In this document: one piece after another, positions 12,654 to 26,059 of the stretch
Layout of the letters: each line of letters begins with the position of its first letter
How positions within the stretch are numbered: position 1 is the first letter of the stretch
Assembly (NCBI RefSeq): GCF_030028105.1
Contig: NC_092379.1
Span: forward strand, 29,009,821 to 29,073,820
Reading direction: 5' to 3'
DNA from: Mobula birostris
Taxonomy: Eukaryota
DNA: 64,000 nt
Program-made: the position numbers and the translations under genes
Notes under the pieces: model-generated
Seen by the model: only the letters and a program-made list of their open reading frames with translations
The model's database searches: none
What the model was told of the DNA's origin: nothing

Positions 12654-13058
12654 GGGTCCATTGCACGGTGGTATACGCCAGAATCTGGCACAAGAACTTC
12701 AGTGATATTTAAATAGCTGACTATGCCTTTGTGTATATCAGCTTTGAACCTCGCTGAGTATTTTGGAGGCTGCTCCAGCTTTCCTGAACCATATACGTTC
12801 AGCAGTAATATTTCGAGATTTGCCACGATACAGAGTGTATCAAAAATGTTTGCATTAGTTCGTGTGTAATTGCAATTCAGTGTGATGATCTGACTGACGT
12901 CAGCCGTTAATTTAGGAGCATCCTAGATCACTGACTGTTTTTACCCTCGTTCCTACTTTAAAAGACTGAATGCAGTAATATTCCTAACTTACACTGAACT
13001 CATGTTTCACTCCTTGGTCATATGTACAGCATCTTACCTGTCAGGATGGCAAATGTAC
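12654..13058 (-). pseudogene. V pseudogene, family B, leader truncated by CR1
   Basis: Leader remnant TFAILTG with GTAAG donor at 13037. Exon from 12952 has a TAG in SVI*D. The second Cys is mutated to Arg (VYHRAM). Degenerate heptamer, nonamer ACAAACTCC at 12614-12622. Confidence 0.85.
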
Positions 13059-13405
13059 ATAGAACATAGAACATAGAATACTACAGCACAGTACAGGCTC
13101 TTCGGCCCACAATGCTGTGCCGACTCTCAAAACCTGCCTCCCATATAAACTCCCACCTTAGATTCCTCCATATACCTGTCTAGTAGTCTCTTAAACTTCA
13201 CTAGTGTATCTGCCTCCACCACTGACTCAGACAGTGCATTCCACGCACCAATCACTCTCTGAGTAAAAAACCTTCCTCTAATATCCCCCTTGAACTTCCC
13301 ACCCCTTACCTTAAAGCCATGCCCTCTTGTATTGAGCAGTGGTACCCTGGGGAAGAGGCGCTGGCTATCCACTCTATCTATTCCTCTTATTATCTTGTAC
13401 AACTC
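13059..13405 (-). mobile_element. CR1 LINE 3' fragment
   Basis: IELYKIIRGIDRVDSQRLFPR...RFFTQRVIGAWNAL, 3' UTR and a (TATGTTC)n tail. Same subfamily as 9991-11732. Confidence 0.9.
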
Positions 13406-13968
13406 TATGGTAGTCTTCATGTTAAAGCAGATTGCAGCTTCACATAGGAGCAGGAATAATTTAGAAATGAATAATTAGGCTTCCAGGCCATCTGTATGGG
13501 ATTTAGGTATTCGTCTTCTAGCACCATCCAATAGGGGTGTTACGCGGGTTCCATTTTTGCAATCTCTTTAAACATCTTCAACTGTGTCTCGTTGCTGCGC
13601 TGTGCTCGCAGCATTGCGAGAAAGCGAGCGCGCGTACGCGTGTTTGTGTGTGTGTGTGTGTGTGAGCAATTGTCTCGGAGTCCACGCATTCTGATGACTG
13701 TTGCTAAGATGACAACGTGCAGATGTCCGAAAAAAGTTCTGAGAATAGAGGATAGGGTTATCGTGGAGAAATCAGAATGTTACTAATCTCCCAAGGAGAG
13801 TTCACATTACAGAAAGCTGGGTACTAGAGAACATCTGGCACATTAATGTACATAAATCGCCTGGGCTGATCAGGTTCGACCTCGGATGTCCTGGGAGGCC
13901 GGGGACGAAATCCATTTGGGTACCTCTTTGAGGTATATACTTACTTAGGACATGTATATATTTATGTG

Positions 13969-13999
<31 letters not shown>

Positions 14000-16249
14000 C
14001 TCCACCGTTGAGAACATTTAAAAGCAATAACCAATGGGTATACATGAAGGATGTGGCGAAACGTGGACAAATAGGATTATCACATTAGGCAATTTTGTCA
14101 GTATGGTCGAATTGGGCCTAACTCTGTCTTTCTGTGCAGTAGCTCTTTGTCTGTATGATCAGCATTTCAGGTTCTTTCAGCAAAATGCCCGAGCAGGTAT
14201 CTAAATGAACAGCGGGGATACAGTCAGAAATTTTCAAGTCAGCTGTGCCATCCTCCGCCACGAATTGCTATGCATTCAGTCCACGCACTTTCCCTGATCC
14301 GGCAAATCCTGACAAAATATTTCCCCTAGAATTTTGCATTTTCCTTTCCCAGGAATGCAGTTGCTCTTCCATCACTCAGCACGTGCCTGCGTCGAATCCA
14401 TCCGAAGGTCTGCAATGGAAGCTGCGGTTATTGTGGTAGAGAAGGAGGCAATTCGGCCTGTCGTGTTGTGTTTGGCCAAGAGCCTATTAGTGTGAACTCC
14501 TGTTGTTGATCTGCATTCCATCTCTTTATCTGCCCAGGTAAAGCTAATACAACTCGAGGAAATGTGTCCCATGTTTCGCCGGGCGTGTTTACATCGCACC
14601 CGCATGAAAAATAAAATTTGCAGTTTGATGTATTCCATCCCTTTTTTTTCTCTCATCTCTTCTGATTTGCTAATTTCCCTCGCACGTCTCTTATCTCTAA
14701 GCACCATCCAGCTCTTTGCCTTCAAGGTTCTTTACCCTCCCCACCTGTCTCCAAGCACTCAACGTCCTCAGTCCCATGTCTTGCCCCGGAACCTTTGCCC
14801 CTCGATCCAGGTATGCCCATTGGCCCACCATCTCATCCCCATTTGGTTGTAATCACTGCCTTCCTTTCCTATCTCATTAGCTAGGCACATTGTTGACTCC
14901 ACCGATCCCCTTCCTGCCCCTGACCACATGTACACCCACTTTCTACTGTATGTTTCCTTCCATGTTCTTTCTCGTACACTTTATACCAGCAGCCGGAATA
15001 CTCAATTCTCCAAGTGACGTTCAATCACCGTTTTATAAATTTGTAACATCGATCTTACTTTCTCTACCGGAACATATGAAGTCATTGTTCCTCAATCATA
15101 TAGAAGACATTTGTCTCTGCTGCCCTCAGAAGGGAATGTGTTTCCCTGCTGTTGTCCTCACTTGTCCTCTCAATATTCACATTCATTTAACATCAGCATT
15201 ATCTATCCCTGTGATCTCAAATACAGACGCAAACTGCTCGATCACAGCTGTTTTTTCATCAGACAAACAACCATAGCTCATAGAGCATCGAACATGCCTG
15301 ATATCCTGGTGAAAGAACATCCACCTCACAATAAGAATATTTGTTGTCGGGATTTCCCTTTCCGTAAAACATCGTTGCAGTATCTCCCTACTCTGTTTTG
15401 TAAGTATGCGAGACGTAGACACTAGATACTTGAACAAGGAGTAGTTGTAGCCGTAACCGGGACTAGTTCCACGTTTACAATTAAAGGCGAGCAGAGAAAG
15501 ACCAAACTATCTGAGTCGGTCGAAACTGCTCAATATTCTTTGTTTATATTTTATAGAAGCTTGCTGATATCTCTGATTCCTTGAAGATGCAAACAGATTC
15601 TCTGTGTTTTAAAGGAAATCACTGCCTCCGCAGCCCTTTCTGAGAGAGGATTGCAAGAGATCATCCGCTGGTAGCAAAGTCTTCGTATCACAATTTTATA
15701 TCGTTACTCATTTTTCTGGGGCCGTTTTCAGCTTCTGGGAAAGGGGCTGCAGAAAGGTGGATGGGAAAGATCCGAAAGAAGGATCGAAAATGCAGGAGTT
15801 GGAAAGAGGACTTGACAGTGACAGAGAGAAACTGAGGAGTCGAATAGGATGAGGATATAGAGAGGCGGACGTCAGAGAGATGAAGTGAGACAGTGAGAGA
15901 CATCAGACAGTGAAGGAGAAAGGAAAATACAGTACATTGTGGAAGAGAGAAAAAACTGATAGCGGATGGAAGGAGGGCGAAAGGGTGAATGGGAAAGCGA
16001 GAGATAGAGAGAGAGAATGAGAGAGAGAGAGAGAGAGAGAGCAGAAGTAGGAGGAGAAGAAGAGAGACAATTAACGTCAGTCCATTTTTATGATCTATAA
16101 TCCCCTATTTTAGACGTAAAAGGCGCATATACTTCGAAACGAAAGCACCGAGTCTCCCCGAAAGTCTTTGCCAGTCCTGACTTGAATTACTTGTCTTCTA
16201 TCGGAATAACATCTTCAAATCATCATCCTTTTAATTGATTTAATATACG

Positions 16250-16735
16250 ATGTTGCCGATACAACTACCCTATGGAGTTTCTTTTTTATCGGTTTTTCTA
16301 CCTGTTGAATCTGTCTACTCTGTTGGAGCGTGTCCTGCAGGGTCAGTGCGTTCCTGCACCGCTCAAACATTTGAGGTTTGTAACAGGGACGAGCGGTGCA
16401 GATTTTGTAACTCCAATAGGAGGGATTTAATGACCTTGGAAGGGCAGACGGTGTCATTGTGCTGCAGTAACTTGCAATCTGGCGGAGCCTATTTGTTGTG
16501 CGTTCAATATTCTGGAAAACCGACAAAAGCATTCATGAGTGGAGATATTGGTCTAGACGAAGGCAGATCGGTCAGGATTTCGGGTCTCTGTACAAAAATG
16601 GCAGGTGTTCCGCTTAATTATGCTCGGGGGGATTCTGATGGACTTCACCGAATAGCATCGCGCAATTCCGTACATAACGTTCCACGGCAATAGAGGATCC
16701 GGACACCAGAGTGTTCTCAGTGCTTGCTTGCTCTA
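16250..16735 (+). pseudogene. Inverted V pseudogene, family D (plus strand)
   Basis: Acceptor GTAACAG|GG at 16386/16387, then GTSGADFVT...DLMTLEGQTVSLCC...QYSGKP. Intron and exon align with the reverse complement of 5320-5740. Confidence 0.7.
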
Positions 16736-18439
16736 ACGGGTGCCATCGCTGTTCCCTCAACATTCAATTCCAACTCACCATGGGGCGAAGACGTCATCGC
16801 ATTCTCCCTCCGGAGGAGATCCTCAAGGCTGCAGCAACGAGGGATACGGTCTGCAAAGCACTACCACCTCTCCTCCGAGCAAATTCTGCCGTCTTTCTCT
16901 CTACTGTCAGTGGCATGACGCTAATGTATGGGTTCAGATGTGCAATAGAGTAAGCCGGAGTAAGATGAGGATAAATGAAAACAGTGTGTTGTGACAGAGG
17001 AGCGGACAGAAGGAATTCGAGAGAAATTAGTGAGAAACGAAAAGCGAGATAGCCAAAGAAATATGGAGAGCGAAATATGGTGAAGGGCAAGAGAAAGTGA
17101 ATAAATGCGGGAGAGCGACACAGAGGGAGAGAGAGAAAAATGATGCCAAAGAGAGGGAAATAGAAGAAAGAGTAAAGAGATATAGGAGGAGGGCGAGAGA
17201 GAAGTAGGAAAAAGAGGAGGGAGCGGGAACGGCTAGAGTGGGGAAAGGAGGGAGCTTGGATTGATATCGAGAGAAAGACTAGCTGGGAGGGGAGTGGGGA
17301 AGGAGAAGCACGACACAGGGAAGGATAAAGCAGGAAAGAGAGGAGAAAAAGCACGTGAGGAAAGAGTCAGTGAGAAGGAAAGAGGACCACTTTCAGTAGC
17401 AAAATGTGCTCAAGATTGAGGAACGTTTCTCGAAATTAATGCGTGCTGAGAGATACAAATGTTATTTTTATAAAGAACGGCCAGTGCAATTTGATGTTCT
17501 TGTCACTATACTTTTTACCCTCAACGTCATATCGCAGTTGGCAATTTTGCTGGACTTGTTTTTGACACTTTAATACTCTTCATTGAAGAATTCCCAGTGA
17601 GGATAGGAGCGGAATGAGGAAAGAATGAGGCCGTGAGATTGAAAGATAAAAAAGAGAGGGAGCGATAAAGAGATAGAGAGGGAGGTAAAGAAAGGGAGAG
17701 AGAAGGATTGACAGAAACGTATTTTAAAAAGAGTGCCAAATTCATTGCAGCTTAATCTGACAGCGAGGTATAACGGGTTCGAGGTTGACCCAGATGGAGT
17801 CGGAATTGTTTTATTTTTGCCAAGTATTCTGAGATACAAGGAAATACTGTCTTGAAATGTCTTGTTCATACCCATCGATTTATTACACAGTGCAACGTGG
17901 TTGAAAAAGGGAAACAATATCAGGAAGCAAATTAAAGTGCAACATCTTCCGAAAAATGTAGAGCAGAGAGACTATAAAGCGTAAAGACATAACAAGGAAA
18001 ACTGTGGTATGGGTCAATATTTCATCCCATCGCGACATTCAATAGTGCCATACCACCAGGCGGAAGACATTCTTTATGCCGTTCTACTTTATTTCAGGGT
18101 ATTGCATCTTCGGATTTCTGGGAGAGGGAGCGGCGAATACGCCCGGTTTTCTGCCGAAGGGTTGCAGAAATTTTAAGCATACGGATGCTTAAATTGATTC
18201 TTCTCAATTTTTTTCAACAATCCTCATTTTTATTTTATGTTTGCCGTTATTCACATCGCCCAGTTTATTTCCCTATCACGAATTTCACGGCGTTTTCAAC
18301 CAGATCTCCTTTCTAATCGTGACCAGCTATGAACCAGTGCGACTAACTTGCAGAGGAACTGAATACATATTTTGCATTAGTCATCAGAGTGGAAGTCATC
18401 TGCAGTATCCCGGAAACTCAAGAGTGTCAGGAAAGTAAA

Positions 18440-20075
18440 GCGCGTGCAGAGAAAATTAAGACTGAGAAGGTACTCAGGAAGCTTAATGGTCTGATGCTGG
18501 ATAAATGCACACTTGGGTTCTGAAGGAAGTTGCTGCAGAGATTCTGGAGGAATTAACAATGATATTTCAAGAATTGATAGAATCTGACATTGTACCAGAT
18601 GACTGGAAAATTGCAAATGTTACTCAGCTATTTAAGAGCATGGGTGGCAGCAGATAGGGACCTGTTAGCCTGACATCCGTGGTTGCGAAGTTATGGGAAT
18701 CGATTGTTAAGGATGAGATTCCGGAATACATTGAGGCACATGACATTATAGACCAGAGCCAGCATCGTTTCCTGAAAGGAAAATCCTGTTTGACTAGCCT
18801 ACAACAAATTTGGGTCAAATTCCATGCACGAGAGACAAAGGAGATTCGGTAAATGTGGTGTACTTGGATTGTTAGAAGGCGTTTGATAAGGTGCCGTGCA
18901 TTAGACTGTTTAGCAAGTTAAGAGTCCTTGCAATTACAGGGATGTTACAAGCGTGCGTGGAGCATTGGCTGATCGGCAAAAAAAAAAAAAAAAAACAGAG
19001 AGTGGGAAGAAAAGAATCGTATTCTGGCTGGCTGCCGGTTACCAGTGGAGTTCCAGAGTGGTCGGTTTTGGGACCGTTGCTTTTTACGATGTGTGCCAAT
19101 GATTTGGGCTACGTGACTAATTAATTTATGGGTAAACTTGCTGATAACACAAAAATAGGTTGAGGAGCAGTTAGTGTTGAGGAAACAGAGAGCCTGCAGA
19201 CTCAGATAGTTCTGCGAAAGGGGCAAAGAAGTGGCAAATCAAATACAGTGTTGGACAATGTATGGTCATGCACTTTGTTGGAAGAAATAATCCATTAGAC
19301 TATTATTGCGATGGGGAGAGATTTCAGAATGCAGAGATGGATGCAAATGGAATGGGGAATTCTTGTGCACGATGACCTAACGGTTGGGTCCATGGTGCAG
19401 AAGGCCAATGCAATGTTGGCATTCATTTGTAGTGGTATAGAACATAGATGTGTTCTATACCACTACAAATGTGAGCAGAGATGTGATGTTGAAGCTCTTT
19501 AAGGCACAACACTTGGAGTGCTGTATGCACTTTCGGGCTCCTTATTTTAGAAAATATACACTGACATTGGGGAAGGTTCAGAGACGATTCACGAGAAGGA
19601 TTGCAGGAATTAAAGGGTGACCGTATGACGAACGTCTGACAGCTCATGGGCTGCAATTCCTGGAGTTCAGGAGTATGAGGTGGGGTCTTAGAGAAACATT
19701 TCGAATGTTATAAGGCCTGAAGAGACTAGATATGGCAAAGTTATTTCCCATGGTAGGGGAGTCTAGGACAAAAGGACACGACTTCAGGATTGAAGGAAGT
19801 GGATTTAGAACAGTGATGCGGAGAAGTTATTTTAGTCGGAGGGTGGTAAATCTGTGGAATGTGTTGCAACCAGCGGCTGTGGAGGCCAAGTCACTGGTGC
19901 ATTTAAGGCAGAGATATGTTCTTGGTTAGCCAGAGCACCAAAGGGTATGGGGAGAAGACAGGGGAGTGGGGATGACTAGAAGAATTAGATATACCTATGA
20001 TTGAATGGCGGAGTAGACTCTACGGGCCGAATAGCCTGCTTCTGCTCCTATATATTTTGGTCATATAGTCTTTGG
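18440..20075 (+). mobile_element. CR1 LINE, older decayed ORF2 3' part
   Basis: Frameshifted RT motifs (PVSLTSVVAKL, VTSGVPEWSVLGPLLF, YFSRRVVNLWN) and a CR1-type 3' UTR. Confidence 0.85.
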
Positions 20076-20589
20076 GACTGCGGAGGAAACGAGACACACG
20101 GGCAGGTGAACACATTCTTCTATGTTTCCATGTTTCTATGTTTCAGAAAAGATGATTGGTCCAATTGAAACAGCATCCCTGGAGGTATCACTATGCAGTC
20201 TCTAGCACGGCACGAAATAGAACATACATCCGAAAACGACCACCTCGCTATCCTCCTACCCTATGCTTTTAATAATGACGGCCTGAATCCTTGCGTCACC
20301 CCGTTTACTCACACAGACTAATCAAGCTGGATTAAATTTTCGTTAGATAGTGGTTTATCTTCCGTGGTACAGTGAAAAAACTGTCTTCAATATCTTTAAA
20401 AGGATAAAGTCATTGCATTGGGATTTGAGGTTGTACAAGCTGAGTCAACAACAGAATTGGCAATACGGTTAAGCAGCTGCAAAGAAAGTGTTGTGCAAGG
20501 TGACGAAATGTTGGAAGGTCATACAGATTTAGTTGTGAGTTCAAGTGTTCAACTTCTCTTACAGTGGAGCTATGCAGTTGCCTTTTAAT

Positions 20590-20817
20590 AGCATTAAGTG
20601 GTAGCATTCTGGATACTCTATGGTAGCTGAAAACCTCATCTGATATTCCGGAGAGCGCTCAAGCTTTCCTCAGCCATACACGTCATTTTGGAGAGTCTGG
20701 CGATGCTAGTGTACCAAGCACTGTTTGCATCATTGTACGTATTGACAGTGACCTTGACCTTGCTCAGCCGTTAATTAAGAGGGAGCTGAGTCACTGAATC
20801 TTTCGCTGTTATTGCTT
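20590..20817 (-). pseudogene. V pseudogene fragment
   Basis: Acceptor, then AITAKDSVTQLP...SAWYT. Frameshifts, 3' end and leader missing. Confidence 0.65.
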
Positions 20818-20844
20818 TAATAAAGATCAGAATGCATTAACATA

Positions 20845-20940
20845 GTAAGATATATAAATGCTGGAGGAACTCAACGGGTCAGGCCGCATCTGTGGAAAGG
20901 AAGAAACAGCCCACGTTTTGGCCCACCGACCTTTTGCTAC
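20845..20940 (-). mobile_element. Penelope-like element terminus
   Basis: aatgctggaggaactcaacgggtcaggccgcatctgtgg matches the PLE termini at 11980-12040 and 41660-41710 in reverse. Confidence 0.6.
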
Positions 20941-20949
20941 AGTGCGGAC

Positions 20950-21215
20950 TACTTGGCTTTGAGATACACAGCGGTGCCCGACAGGAAAGCTCTAGCGATA
21001 TGCAAATGAGCCGTTTTGCTATATTGCTGCAAACTAGCTGCAAATCTCCATCTTGTCTGGCTTATGTTTCTTCAACAGATATTATGGGAATTACGTACCA
21101 TGCTGAGTGTACCAAAAAAATGTTCGTTATCAATTGTGTAATTACAGTTAACTTTTGTGACCGCCTGTCTTCATCTTCAGCCACTAATTAAGTAGAATCC
21201 TGTTTCACGGAGATT
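20950..21215 (-). pseudogene. V pseudogene fragment
   Basis: ISVKQD...CNYTIDNEHFFWYTQH...RFAASLQQYSKTAHLHIARAFLSGTAVYL, with frameshifts and stops and no leader. Confidence 0.7.
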
Positions 21216-21239
21216 CCGCCTCCCCCCGGCCACCCCCGA

Positions 21240-21276
<37 letters not shown>

Positions 21277-21364
21277 CCTCCCTCTCTCTCTCTCTCCCTC
21301 CCTCTCTCCAACTCGCTGAGCACACAGCAATGGGAGCCATGCGTTGCCGGTTCCTGCCTCTCCA

Positions 21365-21960
21365 CCTACATGTTTACAGATAACAGCACAGTAGTGGGAT
21401 GTGAGTCTAATAACGATGAGACTCAGTACAGGAATGAGAAAAAGAGTTTAGTAACAAGGTGTCAGGTGGGCAGCCTACACTACATGTCAACAAAACAAAA
21501 GAGCTGCACAACAGAGGGCGAGAGTGTGCAGATTTCACTTAGAATGAACATCACTGAAAACACATCCATATCCAATTATGAGAAGGCCACATCCTAGAAT
21601 GCTCAGCAGTGCGTCAATTTCGTCAGAGGCTAAAACTATCTGGCACGTCTTTCCATCATCAACAATTGATATCAATGCATCATAGAAAGCAATCTGTCCA
21701 GATTTATCTCGGCTTAGTCCATTCTGCACTATCCAATAGAGCAGGTAATTGCAGGCCTGTGTATGCAGCTCAGCACATCACAGAACCCAACCATTGAAAA
21801 CCTTGGACTCTGACAGCACATCTCGTAAAGTCGGTAAAGAGCCATTGTAAACAAAAACCGATCCACTCAACGTCCATTCCATGATACAAGTGCCTCCGGA
21901 ATTAAGCATTGAGGACGCTGCTGTGCATATTTTTGCTGTAGTCGGGATCTCGAGGAATCG
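21365..21960 (+). mobile_element. Rex1/Babar-type LINE fragment, decayed
   Basis: FTDNSTVVGCESNNDETQYRNE...NKTKEL resembles the Rex1 RT motif FADDTTVVGLISNNDETAYREE...KTKEL. Confidence 0.6.
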
Positions 21961-22220
21961 CACAGAATGACTAATTCTATTTCAGGTACACTGTGAATGA
22001 GTTGCATGTCTACTGTTTGGGTACATTTTGAATTCAAGAACTGTTCCAAGCCTGGACGCTTTTGCTACTCAGTTCAGCCCAATCGAACCAGTGACTCTCG
22101 CAGATCTCTGGTCACGCCACTTATAATTTCTCGGAAAAATGCACTTTTTAGTGAGCGCTCATTGCATAACCCATGGTTCATGTTTGTACAGACCCGTGCT
22201 CACCCTCCCGCAGCACTACG

Positions 22221-22611
22221 GGCTCCAAGGTACAGAGACACATTGCGGAGTCTGATACAAGAGCTTCAGACATATTCAAATTCAAACATTTTCTCGCTGT
22301 CTTTCTGCAATCATGCGGTAAACATGACCGGTCGTTCTGCAGCTGGTTCCATTTTTCCTGAGTTATATACCTTGAGGAAGTATTTTGTGGATTCTCCGCG
22401 ATGCTGAATGTACCAGAAAATACGTGTATTACCGCGGCTATATTTGCATTTCAGTTTGATCTTCCGGACTTGCACAACTGTTACTTCTAGACTGTCCTGC
22501 GCGACTCAATCTTTTCAACTTGTTTCTTCAATCAAGGATATCATGGATAAGCAGCACCGTCTTACCTGGAACGAACAGGACACGCACTGTCCGTCTTTGG
22601 AGAAACTCAAT
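22221..22611 (-). pseudogene. V pseudogene
   Basis: 46-nt leader with ATG changed to ATT, GTAAG donor, 40-nt intron. Exon KLKCKYSRGNTRIFWYIQHRGESTKYFLKVYNSGKM...SDSAMCLCTLEP with three stops and a frameshift. Degenerate RSS. Confidence 0.85.
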
Positions 22612-23394
22612 GGGAAGACGGACAAGGTAATCATTAAGGAGCAAGGAACCTCATCCTTTCTGGTTTCTGGCCAGAATGAAAGGCATTATTGCACGAAAAT
22701 AATGCTACTGGACTGATATTGGAGCGTGAAATCAGCCTCACTGTACATTTAATGTTCTCTAATCCTGTGATGTTTCTCTCTCATGGATTGGTTTCGAGCA
22801 CGAAACTGGTCCTACGTGTGAACAGATCAGAATAGAGTTGTTTCAGTTCCTCTGCTTATTTCTCGTTGCTTTTACGATCTGTTTTCTCTCGCTTCTATCC
22901 ACTGGCTTTGTTTCTGGCTCTCCCGAACAAAATCTTTCTCTCGCATTCACTCTTCGTCAATTCTCTCTTTCGGCTCCTCTTTTTCTTTTTTTTTTACTTA
23001 CAGTCTCTCTCTCGCTCCTCACTGCGGTGTTTCTTCTTCTATGGCTCAACATGTTACTCCGTCCTTTCCCTCATTACTTCTTCCTTCACTCTTCTCTCTT
23101 CCACTGGCTGCACGCCATTCCTCTTTCCCCCTTTCTATCAGTCTTCCTCTCACACTTGCTCCCCTGCCGTCTGTCTCATCCCGTTCCTTCGCTCTAACCG
23201 TCTCTCTGCCATCATCGCTTTCGGTCAATCTCCGTTGCCTTCATTCATTCATTCGCTTTCTCTCATTTCTCAGGATGTCCCTCTCTATATCTCTTGACCG
23301 ACTTCTTGCTCCTTTGCAGACAATATTCCTTCCTTCCGTTCCTCTGCCCCAAAACGCTATCTACCTTCAGTCACATCTCGTTCTTGGTGTGAGT

Positions 23395-23743
23395 GGGGAG
23401 GATGTGGAACTCGGGAATGCAGGCGAATCTCTTACCGTCTTGTACCTGGAGATGAACATTGTAAACACTTGTTCGATGATTTTCCACGGTGTTAGACGTA
23501 CCACATATAGGTTCTGATATTTTGCCGAGTACCTGCAGCTCAGCGACACTGCTGCTCTTCCTCGGTCATTAATTCCCTCGAACCCGGGGTCGCCGAATCT
23601 GGCCCACTCGTACCTCTAACAAATCCCGATGTGTGTCAGCGATACCGGACAACACAGACCTCGAATGACAGGTGTTCACAATTAGACATGGACTCGCCAG
23701 GCTGAGCAGCAATCGGGATCAGCAAATTGCATTGAAGGCACAT
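23395..23743 (-). pseudogene. V pseudogene, 3'-truncated
   Basis: Leader MCLQCNLLIPIAAQPG (23698-23743) with GC donor. Exon from 23613 reads GTSGPDSATPGSRELMTEE...LSCRYS...WYV*, with frameshifts. Confidence 0.75.
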
Positions 23744-24889
23744 GGTGTCCTGTTTAAAGTCAACAGATGATCATGAAAATATTACCGCGATTAGGGCGAA
23801 TGGGTCCACCTCAGAACCTTCAGTCTGTCAGCTGTTCAAGTAGTGGGGATGATGGACCAATCAGAAAAAGCATGTGCTATTACAATGTTTTTCGTCCTTC
23901 TGATGTTGTCAGTTTTAAACAGCCCCCTTTCTATTTTCCGTTATCGCGTTCTCTCTGCTCTCTCGCTCTCTCTTCCTTAGTTCTTCCTTATTCCCTCCTT
24001 TCCTTTCATCTAATCTCTCCATTTCGCTTCCCTGCCCTGATTTGCTTTCTCCTTTTTTATTTTTTTCTCTGTCTCTGACCACATCATCTTCCATATATAT
24101 GTTTACCCTCCACTCTTTTCGACTATGCTGTTTTCCATTGATACTGCATACACTATCCTGTACCTGCAGCATTTTGTGTGCTGTAAAGAATGCAAATGAA
24201 TCTCCATTGATCAAACGCCTGGTCGATTCCCTGCGGCTGGCGACAATAATACCGTAACTTGTCCTGGTAATGTGGATGACTGTTCACTGTCAAGCATCTC
24301 CGCGACACCTTTCGCGTACTTTTTAAGCAGAGTATGGAGTTTCTGCAGCAATCATAAAGGGAAAAAGAAGGGCCTCTATTCTTGAAAAAAACAGAAAAGA
24401 ATCATACACTCTAGGAACTACATTCACTAAATCTTTACTGCGGGTAAAGTGCTTGATCTTAGGGCAGACTATAGAGCACATCAGTGTTTTAGGGATGACG
24501 TCCCGGTGATTTGAAAAGAAAATTGATCAAGTATTCGTATTTATGTATTAACGAATAAGCAACGCTTGTGTGTATCGTACAGGATACAGCGGGATTTTGG
24601 AAGGAACTGCAGAGAAAACGCTTGGGGTAGTTAGGGCAAAGGGACATTGACAGGTTTCAGAGAAACCAGAAGTCAGGTCACAGTATAAGATAGATACTTC
24701 TAGTACAAATTTACGAAACAAGAATTAGATCTTCCTTGAATTATTAATTGAGGACCCGGTAGCAGAAAAAGAAAATGGTACAGCCAGCGACAGGGGCTTC
24801 AGCTAATGTGATTTGAGAGAAATTGGCGAGTGCAATCACGTAATGGACAGAAATTAAGCCGTTAAGAACAGTTGGGGATAGGGAAATAG

Positions 24890-25155
24890 ATAGGACACCG
24901 ACCTTTCATGATCTTGAATGTACCACTGACAGGATATGCCAGTTTCCGAATAACTATCGCTCAATGATAGTCTGCCCTTCTTCGATCGTTAATTCTCTGG
25001 GAACGTGGATCACAGAATCAGCCCCATTCCTATCTGTAACAAACCCCTGAGTGTGTGAGCAGCGCCTACTCACACTGATCAAATAGGTCACTCGCTATTC
25101 CAATGGACGGAGCTCTACTTGTCAGAACAGCAATGAGGATCAGCATATACCACAT
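24890..25155 (-). pseudogene. V pseudogene, 3'-truncated
   Basis: Leader MWYMLILIAVLT (25119-25155). Exon from 25033 reads RNGADSVIHVPRELTIEEGQT...SYSETGISCQWYIQDH. Frameshift, first Cys lost, no FR3. Confidence 0.7.
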
Positions 25156-26059
25156 TAGGAGGTTGGTGTCCGCATTATTTTCAAGAGCGGTATATTTTGA
25201 TGATATTACCCTGATGGGATAGAACCGGCAAAGATTATATGGCCAATAGACGTCATTTCCTCCGCATCTGATTTGTCCCTTGCTCAAGATGAGTGGATTA
25301 CAAAACCAATCGGAAAATACATATGCTACTACAATGTTCATCGGACCTTTTCGCACATCCTATCCTGCTTTCAGTTTCCTCCCCTCACTTGTCTCTTTGC
25401 TGGCACTACCTCTCTTGTTTCCCTCTCTCCCTATTTTACTAACTTTCCTCATTCCCGTCCTTCCTCTCATTCTAACTCACTCTGTTTCGCCCCGTATCTC
25501 CCTCTCTGGCTCTTTCCGTCTTATGCTTCTCCTGAGTCTCTGATGAGATCTCTCTCTACTTTCCTGTTCTTTAAACTTACGTCAGTACCTGCCCCTCTAC
25601 ATCTACACAATACCACTCTCTGAACCCTATCGCTCTTACTTTCTCCTCCAACTCTGGGTGTGTTTAGTGTTTGCGAGTTTTTAGAAACAGAGAAACAGAA
25701 AAACAGAAAACTTATAGCCATTCGGCCCACAATGCTGTGCCGAACATGTACTTACTTTAGAAATTACCTTGGTTACACAGTTTTTCTTTTCCTTTTCATA
25801 CGGGGATGGGTGATTGATGTTTTCTTTCAATTACAATATGTTTCTTGTATGCTAAGGCCATCTGCGGAAGGGAAAATTTTCAGAAATGCATTCTAGATAC
25901 TTATTTTGATGGTAAAATGAACCTTTGAAACTTTGAACATTTGAAGATATATAATAGTTGATGTAACCCAGTGTTTTTCTCTGCCTTTAATTATCAAGTA
26001 TTTCATTGTAATGCTGCCGAGAAAATACATTTTACGACACGTGTCGATATTAACTCCGG

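Noticed and set aside
15183-15437. 84-aa ORF in unique sequence, considered as a constant or other Ig-superfamily exon
   Set aside because: No Cys-Trp-Cys Ig spacing and no TCR C motifs in any frame I translated.
16779-16906. Minus-strand segment bounded by CTGACAG acceptor and GTGAGT donor, looking like an exon
   Set aside because: All three frames contain stops and no recognisable domain is encoded.
17886-17915. Perfect heptamer CACAGTG on the plus strand
   Set aside because: No acceptable nonamer at 12 or 23 nt and no V, D or J coding sequence beside it. Expected by chance.
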